A DNA stretch of 62,934 bases, filler included, from Thermodesulfobacteriota bacterium (GCA_036381125.1; 4 parts of 4 records of this genome joined end to end with filler, not necessarily neighbours in it); one strand, 5' to 3'. Counted from the whole stretch's first letter, positions 22,592 to 31,974 are shown. Numbers and translations: made by a program. The notes: generated from the sequence alone by a model not told the origin.

Positions 22592-22834
22592 ATGACCTTT
22601 GTGATCACCGAGCCCTGCATCGACGTCAAGGACAAGGCCTGCGTCGATATCTGCCCGGTCGACTGCATCCACTCGACCGACGAGGAGCGGATGTACTACA
22701 TCGACCCCTCCGAGTGCATCGACTGCGGCGCGTGCGAGCCGGTGTGTCCCGTGAACGCGATCTATGCCGAGGATCAGGTGCCGGCCCAGTGGAAGGAGTA
22801 CATCCAGAAGAACGCCGCGTTCTTCCAGAAGTGA
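22592..22834 (+). CDS. Dicluster (7Fe-type) ferredoxin
   Basis: CIDVKDKACVDICPVDCI, CIDCGACEPVCPV; possible own -10 TACAAT at 22531. Confidence 0.95.
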   Translation: MTFVITEPCIDVKDKACVDICPVDCIHSTDEERMYYIDPSECIDCGACEPVCPVNAIYAEDQVPAQWKEYIQKNAAFFQK

Positions 22835-23010
22835 CCTCGGGGCCGCCGGCCTCGCGGCCTGCGGCCCGTCCCTCCCCCGCCCGCACCCCGGCACAGCCGA
22901 CCGGATCACGACGCGAGACCTCGACGCCCGCTGCCGAGCCCGACGGCGCAGGAGCCCTGCGCGCCGGGGTCGTTTGACAGAGCGGGCGGCGTCCCGTACC
23001 CTCCCCAGGC

Positions 23011-24480
23011 ATGGACGCCGACCGCCGCGCCCGCCTTGCCGCCGAGCTGGCCCGCATCGTGGGCCCCGAGGCCGTGGTTTCGGACCCCTCGGCGCTCGCC
23101 GCTTACGAGTGCGACGCCCTCACCAACTTCAAGGCCGCGCCCGACCTGGTCGTGCTGCCCGGCTCCACCGAGCAGGTGGCCGCCGTGGTGCGCGTGGCGC
23201 GCGACTGGGGGCTGCCGGTCGTGCCGCGCGGCGAGGGCACGGGGCTGTCCGGCGGCGCGCTGGCGGTCGCCGGCGGGGTCATCGTCGGGCTGTCGCGCAT
23301 GCGGCGGATCCTCGACGTCGACTACGCCAACCTCCGGGCGACCGTCGAGGCGGGGCTGGTCAACGTCCAGCTCACGCAGCACCTGGCGCCGCGCGGCTAC
23401 CTCTTCGCCCCCGACCCCTCGAGCCAGTTCGCCTCCTCGATCGGCGGCAACGTGGCCGAGAACTCCGGCGGGCCGCACTGCCTGAAGTACGGCGTCACGA
23501 CCAATCACATCGTGGGCCTCACGGTCGTCCTGTCCGACGGCGAGGTGGTCCGCCTCGGCGGGCCGGCCGCCGACCCGCTGGGCTACGACCTCGTCGGCCT
23601 CGTCGTCGGCTCGGAGGGGACCTTCGCCGTCGTGACCGAGGTCACCGTCCGGATCACCCGCGCGCCCGAGGCGGTCCGGACGTTCCTCGGCGTCTTCGAG
23701 ACCATGGACGACGCCTCGGCCGCGGTGTCCGGTCTGATCGGCCGCGGCATCGTCCCCGCGGCACTCGAGATGATGGACCGGCCGTCGCTCGAGGCGGTGG
23801 AGGCGGCATTCCACGCCGGCTACCCGTACGACTGCGGCGCCGTCCTCCTGGTCGAGCTCGACGGTCTGGCCGCCGGTCTCGACGACCTCGAGCGACGGGT
23901 CGTCGAGGTGCTCACGGAGCACCGCTGCCGCGAGGTGAAGGTGGCGCGCACCGAGCAGGACCGCACGCTCCTCTGGAAGGGGCGCAAGATGGCCTTCGGG
24001 GCGATGGGGCGGCTCGGCTACGACTTCTACCTGCAGGACGCCGTCGTGCCCCGGACGAAGCTCCCCGCGGTGCTGGCGCGGATCCAGGCCATCGCGGACG
24101 AGGCGGGCCTCCGGGTCGCCAACATGTTCCACGCCGGGGACGGCAACCTCCACCCGGTCATCATCTTCGACGGGGCGAGGGCCGGCGACCTCGAGCGAGC
24201 GGCGGAGGCCGCCGGGCGGATGATGGAGGTCTGCATCGACGCGGGCGGGTGCGTGTCGGGAGAGCACGGCATCGGGTGCGAGAAGACGGAGTTCATGGGG
24301 CTCATGTTCTCGGAGGCGGACCTCGACGCCATGAAGCGCGTCCGGCTCGCCTTCAACCCCGACGGGCGGCTCAACCCCGGGAAGATCTTCCCCACGCCGG
24401 GCGCCGGGCACCTGAAGCCCTCGCTCCTCGGCTACAAGCCGCACGCGATCGAGACGGCGGGGCTCGCCCAGCGCTTCTAG
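23011..24480 (+). CDS. FAD-linked oxidase, glycolate oxidase GlcD-like
   Basis: PRGEGTGLSGG, PDPSS, GGPHCLKYGVT, GSEGT, FHAGDGNLHP, GEHGIG, LNPGK; promoter TTGACA(22974)-17 nt-TACCCT. Confidence 0.9.
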   Translation: MDADRRARLAAELARIVGPEAVVSDPSALAAYECDALTNFKAAPDLVVLPGSTEQVAAVVRVARDWGLPVVPRGEGTGLSGGALAVAGGVIVGLSRMRRILDVDYANLRATVEAGLVNVQLTQHLAPRGYLFAPDPSSQFASSIGGNVAENSGGPHCLKYGVTTNHIVGLTVVLSDGEVVRLGGPAADPLGYDLVGLVVGSEGTFAVVTEVTVRITRAPEAVRTFLGVFETMDDASAAVSGLIGRGIVPAALEMMDRPSLEAVEAAFHAGYPYDCGAVLLVELDGLAAGLDDLERRVVEVLTEHRCREVKVARTEQDRTLLWKGRKMAFGAMGRLGYDFYLQDAVVPRTKLPAVLARIQAIADEAGLRVANMFHAGDGNLHPVIIFDGARAGDLERAAEAAGRMMEVCIDAGGCVSGEHGIGCEKTEFMGLMFSEADLDAMKRVRLAFNPDGRLNPGKIFPTPGAGHLKPSLLGYKPHAIETAGLAQRF

Positions 24481-24624
24481 GGACTGGCCCGAAACCTGCT
24501 TCGGAACTTGCCGCATCGCCGACGCATCGATTGCGCGGCGTGTCCGGCGCTCGCTCCGGTTCCGAACCGTCCAGCCAGGTACGATAACGTGCCGCGAGCG
24601 CCGGCGAGGAGGGTGGAGGAGGCT

Positions 24625-24813
24625 ATGTTGCTCAAGCGCAAGGCCCGTCGAGCCACGCGACCGTGCCCCCACTGCGGGCAGTCGATGGCGCCGGACGACA
24701 TGAAGTGCGCCGCCTGCGGCCGCCTGGTCCGGCTCGAGACCCCCGTGACGACCCGCGAGCCGATCGACATCGTGCTGCCGGCGGGGCGGGACTCGACCCG
24801 CCACGAGTGGTAG
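24625..24813 (+). CDS. Small (62 aa) C4 zinc-ribbon protein
   Basis: CPHCG...CAACG; strong RBS GGAGGAGG. Confidence 0.65.
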   Translation: MLLKRKARRATRPCPHCGQSMAPDDMKCAACGRLVRLETPVTTREPIDIVLPAGRDSTRHEW

Positions 24814-25009
24814 CCCGGCCAACGGTCCGGCCCGACGGCGAGGCGGCCGCGCGGTGACGAGGCGCGGCACGTCGCTACGCAAGAAGTACGAGGCCGCGAC
24901 GAGGCGTGCAGAGCGCCAGGGTCGGGCCCCCGCCCCCCACCGGCGCAAGGCGATCGGAATTCCCGGTGGTTACGTGGTCGCTCCCCGGAGGGTTGATCGG
25001 GAGGAGGGC

Positions 25010-25025
25010 TGGTATGCGCCTTGCT
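25010..25025 (+). promoter_or_regulatory. Sigma54 -24/-12 promoter candidate
   Basis: TGGTAT-GCGCC-TTGCT, GG-N10-GC spacing. Confidence 0.6.
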
Positions 25026-25035
25026 AGTTCCCAGG

Positions 25036-25099
25036 GCGTACTACCAACCTTTCATCCTCCTCCCCAACCCCCGGAAGGCGACTTCCGGGGGATTTTTTT
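25036..25099 (+). ncRNA. Candidate ~65-nt small RNA with a CCUCCUCCC anti-SD motif
   Basis: Lies between the sigma54 site and an intrinsic terminator; contains TCATCCTCCTCCCC. Confidence 0.5.
25068..25099 (+). terminator. Intrinsic terminator
   Basis: CCCCCGGAAG-GCGA-CTTCCGGGGG then A and T7. Confidence 0.85.
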
Positions 25100-25102
25100 G
25101 CC

Positions 25103-25699
25103 ATGAAGGTCACCCGGGCCGAGTTCCTCACCAGCGCGACCGGCCCCAGCGGGTACCCGCGGGGAGGGCGGCCGGAGGTGGCCTTCGCCGGCCGATCGAA
25201 CGTCGGCAAGTCGTCCCTCATCAATGCCCTGGTGCGCCGCAGGGGCCTGGTGAAGACCTCCTCGACGCCGGGCCGCACGCAGCTCCTCAACTTCTTCCTC
25301 GTGAACGACCGGGTCGTGCTGGTCGATCTGCCCGGCTACGGCTACGCGAAGGTGCCCGAGTCGGTTCGGGCCGCCTTCGGCCCGATGATCGAGGAGTACC
25401 TCACGCGCCGCGAGGTGCTGGCCGGCGTCGTCGTGATCCTCGACCTCAGGCGAGAGCCGTCGGCGCAGGACCTCGCCCTCCTCGAGTGGCTCTCGGCGAT
25501 CGGCCGCCGCTCGGTCGTGGCGCTCACGAAGGCGGACAAGCTCTCGGGCAACGAGCGAGCGCGGCAACTGCGCGCGATCCGCGCGGCGCTGCCGGCGTCG
25601 TGCGGCGAGCCGGTCGTGGTCTCGGCGGAGACGGGGGAGGGGATGACGGCGCTCTGGCGCGCCATCGGCGCGCTGGTGGAGGGCCGGGGCTCCATCTGA
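25103..25699 (+). CDS. yihA: Ribosome biogenesis GTPase YihA/EngB/YsxC
   Basis: GRSNVGKSSLIN, SSTPGRTQ, DLPGYG, TKADK. Confidence 0.95.
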   Translation: MKVTRAEFLTSATGPSGYPRGGRPEVAFAGRSNVGKSSLINALVRRRGLVKTSSTPGRTQLLNFFLVNDRVVLVDLPGYGYAKVPESVRAAFGPMIEEYLTRREVLAGVVVILDLRREPSAQDLALLEWLSAIGRRSVVALTKADKLSGNERARQLRAIRAALPASCGEPVVVSAETGEGMTALWRAIGALVEGRGSI

Positions 25700-25742
25700 C
25701 GGCCGGGCCCCGGCCCTCGTGCGCGACGACCGGCGAGGCGAC

Positions 25743-26000
25743 CTACGAGCCGAGGACCCCCTTCACCTTGGCCGCGGTGTCGATCGACTCCTGGTGCTTG
25801 CCGGCCTGATGGAGCTTGAGCGCCTCGTCGTTGAGCCTCCTGGCCTCGGCGATCTTGTCGGCTGCGACCCCTCGCTTCTCGGCCGCCGAGATCGCCTCGT
25901 TGTTGGCAGCGATGTCCTTCGGGCAATGGAACGCGAGGGCCGGGCTGTCGGCCATCGCGAGGGCGAGTGCGAACGCGATCGCCGTGACGCTCCGCTTCAT
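25743..26000 (-). CDS. Small secreted helical protein
   Basis: RBS AAAGGAG, Sec signal ending ALA, mature N-terminus FHCP, ...LHQAGKHQES. Confidence 0.8.
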   Translation of the reverse strand: MKRSVTAIAFALALAMADSPALAFHCPKDIAANNEAISAAEKRGVAADKIAEARRLNDEALKLHQAGKHQESIDTAAKVKGVLGS

Positions 26001-26098
26001 GTGGTGCTCTCCTTTCGTGATGCGCGGCCCCGACCGGGGCCGCGCGGGAACCATCCGAGGACCGCGCCGCCCGCCGGCAGCGGTGCGGGCCCCTTTCG

Positions 26099-26863
26099 CT
26101 AGCCGCCGACCTGGATCCCCGGCCTGACGGCGCGGAAGAACGCGGTCATGTCCGGCTCCGACATATCGCCGGCCAGCGCGCAGAAGAGCGGCCCCTGGCG
26201 CCAGAGGACGACACGGGTGCCGCCGGCGCCGGCCACGAACGGCCGCCCCCGGCCGATCCGGACCCGGTTCTCGGGCGGCAGCGTCCTCGGGCTCGGGACG
26301 AGCGCCAGCGTGACGGTCTCGCCGTCCGCCTCGAAGAAGACGGCCATGCCGTCCCGGCCGAAGAGCGTCACCGGCGCCGTCCCCCGCGACCGTATCCGGC
26401 CGCCGGGCGGCGTCGCGATGCGCACCGGGACGCCGAGCGCGTCGGTGAGCCGGCGCGACAGCTCGACCGCGTCGTCCGCCGGCGCCGTCGGGCCCCGGGC
26501 CTCGAGCCGCTCGTACGCCGCCAGCGCCTCGCGGACGGCATCGGCGGCGAGGCGCCGCTCGGCGCCCGGCAGCGCCATCCAGGTGACGGCCGACACCGCG
26601 GCGAGGACGAGTCCGGCCACGGCCGCCGCGACGGCGGGCGCCGCCACGCGCCAGCGCGGCGCGGGCGCCTCGCCGCGGCGCGGGCCACCCCTGCCGAGCG
26701 CCGCCACCTCGGCGGCGAGGGCGGCCTCGATGCGCGCGCGCAGCGCGGGCGGCGCGGGGGGGCGCGACGCGCGCGCGCGGAGCGCCGCGGCGAGCGCGCG
26801 GTCCTCCGGCAGGACCTCCTCCCCCAGCGTGCCGTCGCGGTCCGTGCGTCGCTCGTCCGTCAC
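26099..26863 (-). CDS. Transmembrane anti-sigma factor
   Basis: GTGA overlap with the ECF sigma gene, APPALRARI motif, one TM helix, periplasmic domain ending VVLWRQGPLFCALAG. Confidence 0.75.
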   Translation of the reverse strand: MTDERRTDRDGTLGEEVLPEDRALAAALRARASRPPAPPALRARIEAALAAEVAALGRGGPRRGEAPAPRWRVAAPAVAAAVAGLVLAAVSAVTWMALPGAERRLAADAVREALAAYERLEARGPTAPADDAVELSRRLTDALGVPVRIATPPGGRIRSRGTAPVTLFGRDGMAVFFEADGETVTLALVPSPRTLPPENRVRIGRGRPFVAGAGGTRVVLWRQGPLFCALAGDMSEPDMTAFFRAVRPGIQVGG

Positions 26864-27426
26864 CGTGCGTAGTCCTTCAACGAGATCCGCAGCAGGGCGC
26901 GCCCCCGGAAGACCCGCGACTTGATGGTCCCCACCGGGCAGCCGACCACCTCCGCGGCCTCGGCCATCGTCAGTTCCTCGACGTCGCAGAGCCAGACGGC
27001 CTCGCGGTACTCGACCGGGAGGGCGGCCAGCGCGGCGTCGATCGCCCGCCGGCTCACCGCGGCGTCGAGGGCGGGCTCGGGATCGACCGGCACGTCGGGC
27101 AGCCGGTCGCCGGCCTGCGACGCGCTCTCCGGTGGGCGAGGCCCGGAGGCCGCGGGCTGCTCGCGGCCCGAGCGGGCCTCCGTGTTGAGGAAGGTCCGTC
27201 TCAGGATCGTAAACAGCCACGCGCGGAGGTTGGTTCCCGGTTGGAACGTCGCCCGGGCCCTGAGCCCCCTCAGCATCGTCTCCTGGACGAGGTCGTCCGC
27301 ATCGGCGGGATTGCGGGTGAGCCATCGTGCGAAGGCGTAGAGCGCGTCCAGATGGTCGAGGAGCGCCGCGGCGAACGCCGCGGCCGCCTGGGCGTCGTCC
27401 CGGTCGGCCTGGTCGCGGCGCGGCAC
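26860..27426 (-). CDS. ECF sigma factor
   Basis: ADDLVQET, FQPGTNLRAWLFTILR, GCPVGTIKSRVFRGR. Confidence 0.92.
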   Translation of the reverse strand: MPRRDQADRDDAQAAAAFAAALLDHLDALYAFARWLTRNPADADDLVQETMLRGLRARATFQPGTNLRAWLFTILRRTFLNTEARSGREQPAASGPRPPESASQAGDRLPDVPVDPEPALDAAVSRRAIDAALAALPVEYREAVWLCDVEELTMAEAAEVVGCPVGTIKSRVFRGRALLRISLKDYAR

Positions 27427-27450
27427 GGCGGGGCGCCTCGTCGGGCGACG

Positions 27451-28284
27451 CTAGCGCCGCGCTCGTGCGCGGCCCGCCGCGTCCGGACCGGGGGTCGGCG
27501 TGGTCCGCGGCGGGCGTTGCCTGAGGAGGACGAGGAGCCCGATGGCCGATGCGGCGATGAGGACGAGGCTGACGACCTGGGCCGCGCGCAGCCCCCCGGC
27601 CATCAGGCTGTCGAGCCTCAGGCCCTCGATGAAGAACCGTCCGACGGAATAGAGCCCGAGGTAGCAGAGGAAGAGCGCCCCCGGCCTGGGCTCGAGCCGC
27701 CGGCGCAGCCCGAACCAGAGGACGAGGAAGACGCCGAGGTTCCAGAGCGACTCGTAGAGGAACGTCGGGTGGAAGAAGTCGTACGCCTCGAAGCCGGGCA
27801 CCCGCCGCTCCGGCGGGATGTAGAGCTTCCACGGCAGGTCGGTCGGGCGGCCGTAGGCCTCCGAGTTGAAGAAGTTGCCCCAGCGCCCGATGGCCTGTGC
27901 GAGCGCGAGGGAGGGGGCCGCGACGTCGAGGTACGGCGCGACGGGCAGCCGGCGCCACCAGCGCATGTAGACGACGCCCGCGGTGATGCCGCCGATGAGG
28001 CCGCCGTGGATGGCGATGCCTCCCTTCCAGATGGCCGGGATGTCGGCCGGCCGGCTCGCGTAGACGTCCCAGTTGAACGCGACGTAGTAGGCACGGGCGC
28101 AGACGAAGCCCACCAGCATGGCCACGAGCGTGGCGGTCGTCAGCGCGTCCGCGTCGAGGCCGCGCCGGTCGGCCTCGCGCGTCGCGAGGTGCAGCCCGAC
28201 GAGCGCGCCCGTGGCGATGAGCACCCCGTACCACCGGATCGTGATGGGCCAGGAGATGATGTCGGGCCCGGGCGAGGTGAACAT
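27451..28284 (-). CDS. lgt: Prolipoprotein diacylglyceryl transferase
   Basis: IRWYG, GGIAIHGG, GRWGNFFNSEAYG, HPTFLYES, RFFIEGLR. Confidence 0.96.
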   Translation of the reverse strand: MFTSPGPDIISWPITIRWYGVLIATGALVGLHLATREADRRGLDADALTTATLVAMLVGFVCARAYYVAFNWDVYASRPADIPAIWKGGIAIHGGLIGGITAGVVYMRWWRRLPVAPYLDVAAPSLALAQAIGRWGNFFNSEAYGRPTDLPWKLYIPPERRVPGFEAYDFFHPTFLYESLWNLGVFLVLWFGLRRRLEPRPGALFLCYLGLYSVGRFFIEGLRLDSLMAGGLRAAQVVSLVLIAASAIGLLVLLRQRPPRTTPTPGPDAAGRARARR

Positions 28285-28400
28285 GGCCGGGAGCCTACCA
28301 TGCGCCCGAGGGCTTTGCCAACGCCGCGTCCCCGCTGGACGCGCCGCGTCGTACCCCGCCGGGCTGGCCGCGGCGCCCGAGGTGCGCTAGCGTTCGGGGC

Positions 28401-28805
28401 ATGCTCACCCGGCTGCACCACGTGGCGGTCCTGGTCCCCGACCTCGACGCCGCGCTCGCCCCCTTCCGCGACCTCCTCGGGCTTGCCGTCTCGCGCGTCG
28501 AGACGGTGGGCGAGCAGCGCGTCCGCGTCGCGTTCCTGCCGATCGGCGACACGCGCATCGAGCTGGTCGAGCCGCTCGAGAAGGACGGCGCCCTCGCCCG
28601 CTTCATCGAGCGGACCGGGGGCGGGGGCCTCCACCACGTCTGCTTCGAGGTGGAGGACATCGCGGCGGCCCTCGCCACGCTCGAGGCGCGGGGGGCGCGG
28701 TTGATCGACGAGCGGGCGCGCCCGGGCGGCCACGGGATGCTCGTCGCCTTCGTGCACCCCTCGTCGACCTCGCGCGTCCTGGTCGAGCTGGCGCAGGAGC
28801 CTTGA
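28401..28805 (+). CDS. mce: Methylmalonyl-CoA epimerase (VOC family)
   Basis: HHVAV, EQRVRVAFL, IELVEP, GLHHVCFEV, VAFVHP...VLVEL. Confidence 0.88.
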   Translation: MLTRLHHVAVLVPDLDAALAPFRDLLGLAVSRVETVGEQRVRVAFLPIGDTRIELVEPLEKDGALARFIERTGGGGLHHVCFEVEDIAAALATLEARGARLIDERARPGGHGMLVAFVHPSSTSRVLVELAQEP

Positions 28806-28830
28806 CACCCCGCGCGGCGGGGCTTACCGT
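28802..28830 (+). promoter_or_regulatory. Sigma70 promoter of the btuFCD-like operon
   Basis: TTGACA-17 nt-TACCGT, with the -35 overlapping the mce stop codon. Confidence 0.7.
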
Positions 28831-28839
28831 TGAGCGACA

Positions 28840-29115
28840 TTCGTCGAACGCTGGCGCCCCCAAGGGAAGCGTGGTGAGAGTCCACCGCTGCCCCGCAACT
28901 GTGATCGGCGACGAAACCCGCGAGCGCCACTGATCTGCACCCCGGCAAGCGAGGTCCGGGCCTCTCCCGGAGCGAGCGCAAGGGGAGCGAGGGGTCACGC
29001 ACGGGTGGTCGGCCTCCGGTATGGAGGGCCGACGACGCGCGGCGGACCCCCCGCCCGAGGATCGGGAAGGCGCGGGGAGTAGGACGACCCGAGAGCCAGG
29101 AGACCTGACGGGCGC
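28840..29115 (+). ncRNA. Cobalamin riboswitch 1
   Basis: AAGGGAAGCGTGGTGAGAGTCCACCGCTGCCCCGCAACTGT, GCCACTG...GGGAAGG, B12 box GAGCCAGGAGACCTG; downstream hairpin covers the RBS. Confidence 0.92.
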
Positions 29116-29149
29116 TCCCGATCGATGACCTTTCGCGGGAAGGGTCACG

Positions 29150-30049
29150 GTGCGTGCTCTCGCTCTCGTCACGATCATTGGCGCCCTGGTCGGCCTGCCG
29201 GCCGACACGGCACGGGCGGCGACCCCGGCGACCGGCCGGGTGGTGGTCGACGACCTCGGCCGCGAGGTCTCCCTGGCCGCCGCGCCGAGGCGCATCGTCT
29301 CGCTCGCCCCGAACCTTACCGAGATCGTCTTCGCCCTCGGGCTCGGCGACCGGCTCGTCGGCGCGACCGACTTCTGCGACTATCCTCCCGAGGTCTCGCG
29401 CGTGCCGCGGGTGGGGGGGGTGGCCAGCCCGTCCGCGGAGCGGATCGTCGCCCTGCGGCCCGACCTGGTCCTCGCCACCACGGCCGGCAACGGCCGGGAC
29501 GAGATCCTGGCGCTCGCGCGGCTCGGCCTGCCGGTCGTCGTGAGCGCGCCGCGCGACGTCGACGCGGTTGCCCGGTCGTTCGAGCTGATCGGCCGGGCGG
29601 CCGGCGTGCCGGACCGCGGCCTGGCGCTGGCGTCCGCCTTCCGCGGCAGGATCGACGCGGTGCGGCGTCGGGTCGCGGGCCGACCCCGGCCGCGCACCCT
29701 CGTGGTGGTCTGGCCCGACCCGATCGTGGCGGCGGGGCCGTCGAGCTTCGTCGCGAGCCTGCTCGCGGTGGCCGGAGGGGTCAACGCGCTCTCGGGGCAC
29801 GGGGGGCGGCTCACCGAGCAGTACCCGACGCTCGGGGTCGAGTCGGTCCTCGCCCTCGCCCCCGAGGTGATCGTCCTCGCCGCCTTTCCCGGCACGACGA
29901 TCGAGACGCTCGATCGGCTCGGCCGCTACCCGCAGCTTCCGGCCGTGCGCGACGGCCGCCTCGCGACCATCCCGCAAGACCTGCTCATCCGCCCCGGACC
30001 CCGCCTCGCGGACGCGGCCGAGGCGCTCGCCGAGGTGCTCCACCCGTGA
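29150..30049 (+). CDS. btuF: Cobalamin ABC transporter periplasmic binding protein (BtuF-like)
   Basis: RIVSLAPNLTEIVFALG, CDYPP, ERIVALRPDLV, RPGPR; riboswitch upstream. Confidence 0.88.
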   Translation: MRALALVTIIGALVGLPADTARAATPATGRVVVDDLGREVSLAAAPRRIVSLAPNLTEIVFALGLGDRLVGATDFCDYPPEVSRVPRVGGVASPSAERIVALRPDLVLATTAGNGRDEILALARLGLPVVVSAPRDVDAVARSFELIGRAAGVPDRGLALASAFRGRIDAVRRRVAGRPRPRTLVVVWPDPIVAAGPSSFVASLLAVAGGVNALSGHGGRLTEQYPTLGVESVLALAPEVIVLAAFPGTTIETLDRLGRYPQLPAVRDGRLATIPQDLLIRPGPRLADAAEALAEVLHP

Positions 30050-31101
30050 CGGTCCTCGACCGCCCGGCGCCGATCGTCCGCCACCGCGGCCCCCTGCCGC
30101 TGCCGGCGGTGGGCCTCGCGGCGGCCGTCTGCCTGGTCTGCGCGCTCCTCGGGCTCGGCTACGGCGCATCCGAGCTGGGGCCGATCGACGTCCTCGGCCT
30201 CGCGTGGCGCGCCGCCACCGGCCAGCCGGTCGACGCGCTGGCCGCGACGATCGTCCTCGAGCTGCGGCTGCCCCGCGTGCTCGCCGCCATGCTCGTCGGC
30301 GCGGCGCTCGCCGCCTCGGGCGCGGTCTTCCAGGGGCTCCTCCGGAACCCGCTCGCCGACCCGTACGTGGTCGGCGTGTCGTCCGGCGCGGCCGCCGGCG
30401 CGGTCCTCGCGATCTGTCTCGGCGCGACGGGCCGCTGGTTCGGGCTGCCGGTCGTACCGGCGTCGGCCTTCGCCGGCGGCCTCGCCGCCATCCTCGTGGT
30501 GGACCGGATCGCCTCGGCCGCCCCCGCCTCCCGGGCGCTCGGCACCGTCCTCGCCGGGGTGGTGCTCTCGTCGCTCGCGTCGGCCGTCATCATGCTGCTC
30601 ATCACCGCCTCGCCCGACCCCTTCGTCCGCGGCTCGCTCGTCTGGCTCATGGGCGACTTCGGCATGGTGACGCCCGACGGCCTGCCGGTGCTCGCCGGGG
30701 CGGTGGCGCTCGGGCTCGCCGGCGTCTACGCGGCCTCGCGCACGCTGAACCTGCTCGCCCTCGGCGACGAGGCGGCGCACGCCCTCGGCGTCGAGCCCGG
30801 CCCCGCGCGGCGGCGCCTCTTCGTGCTCGCCTCGCTCCTCACGGGCGTCGCCGTCGCCGCGGTCGGCGTCGTGAGCTTCGTCGGCCTGATCGTCCCCCAC
30901 GCCGTGCGGTTCGTCCTCGGGGCCGACCACCGGCGCCTCGTGCCGTTCTCGGCCGCCTTCGGCGGGGCGTTCGTCGTACTGGCCGACCTGGTGGCGCGCG
31001 TCGTCGCGGCGCCGGCGGAGCTGCCGATCGGCGCCGTCACGGCCCTCTGCGGCGCCCCCTTCTTCCTCTGGCTCCTCGTCAGGCGGCTGCCGCATGCGTG
31101 A
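30046..31101 (+). CDS. btuC: FecCD/BtuC-family permease
   Basis: LRLPRV, QGLLRNPLADPYVVGVSSGA, LGDEAAHALG, FVGLIVPH, ELPIG. Confidence 0.9.
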   Translation: MTVLDRPAPIVRHRGPLPLPAVGLAAAVCLVCALLGLGYGASELGPIDVLGLAWRAATGQPVDALAATIVLELRLPRVLAAMLVGAALAASGAVFQGLLRNPLADPYVVGVSSGAAAGAVLAICLGATGRWFGLPVVPASAFAGGLAAILVVDRIASAAPASRALGTVLAGVVLSSLASAVIMLLITASPDPFVRGSLVWLMGDFGMVTPDGLPVLAGAVALGLAGVYAASRTLNLLALGDEAAHALGVEPGPARRRLFVLASLLTGVAVAAVGVVSFVGLIVPHAVRFVLGADHRRLVPFSAAFGGAFVVLADLVARVVAAPAELPIGAVTALCGAPFFLWLLVRRLPHA

Positions 31102-31912
31102 GCCGGTCCTGGCGTTCGACGGGGTGCGCTTCCGTTACGGGCCGCGGGCGCCGTGGGTCCTCGACGGCGTGTCGCTCGACGTGCGCGAGGGGGAGGCGCT
31201 CGGCCTCGTCGGTCCCAACGCTGCCGGCAAGACCACGATCCTCAGGCTCGCCACCGGCTTCGTGCGCCCCGACGCCGGGGCCGTGCGGCTCTTCGGCCGG
31301 CCGGTGGCGGAGTGGAGCCGGCGCGAGGCGGCGCGCCGCGTCGCCCTGGTGCCCCAGGAGGCGCCGCTCGGTCTCCCCTTCCGGGCCGGCGAGGTGGTGC
31401 TCATGGGACGCGCGCCGCACCTGCCGGGACTCGGCTTCGAGGGGGAGGCCGACATCGCGGCCGCGGCGGCGGCCATGACGCGGGCCGGCGTGCGGCACCT
31501 GGCCGACCGGCCGGTCGACGCCCTGTCGGGCGGCGAGCGGCGGCGCGTCCTGCTGGCTCGCGCCCTCGCGCAGGGCGCCCGGTTGCTCCTCCTCGACGAG
31601 CCGGCGTCGCACCTCGACCTCGGCCACCAGCACGCGCTGGTCGACCTCGTTCGGGGCCTCGTGGCCGAGGGCGCCGCCGTCGTCGCCGTCTGGCACGACC
31701 TCACCCTGGCGGCCGCCGCGAGCGACCGACTGGCGCTCCTGTCGGGCGGTCGCGTCGCCGCCTCCGGGAGCCCGGAGTCGGTCCTGACGCCCGCGACCAT
31801 CGCGGCCGCGTACGGGTGCGAGGTCCTCGTCGACCGGCATCCGATCACCGGACGCCCGCGCGTGACGATCGCTGGCGCAACGAACGGGAGGGACACCGTG
31901 AGACGCGCGTGA
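31094..31912 (+). CDS. btuD: ABC transporter ATP-binding subunit (BtuD/FecE-like)
   Basis: GPNAAGKT, LSGGE, LLLDEP, H-loop. Confidence 0.88.
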   Translation: MREPVLAFDGVRFRYGPRAPWVLDGVSLDVREGEALGLVGPNAAGKTTILRLATGFVRPDAGAVRLFGRPVAEWSRREAARRVALVPQEAPLGLPFRAGEVVLMGRAPHLPGLGFEGEADIAAAAAAMTRAGVRHLADRPVDALSGGERRRVLLARALAQGARLLLLDEPASHLDLGHQHALVDLVRGLVAEGAAVVAVWHDLTLAAAASDRLALLSGGRVAASGSPESVLTPATIAAAYGCEVLVDRHPITGRPRVTIAGATNGRDTVRRA

Positions 31913-31974
31913 CGAACCGTTCGGGATGCGTGGACCGGCGTCGCGGCGCTCGGGCCTCAGGCCCGGGGCCGTGT

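Noticed and set aside
22592-24480. Ferredoxin and the GlcD-like oxidase as members of the ebo operon
   Set aside because: Each has its own candidate promoter (TACAAT at 22531; TTGACA/TACCCT at 22974-23002), so linkage is unsupported
25041-25065. Minus-strand mini-ORF ATG AAA GGT TGG TAG behind GGAGGAGG
   Set aside because: The SD-to-ATG spacing is too short, and the terminator and sigma54 site point to the plus strand; the motif is better explained as a plus-strand anti-SD
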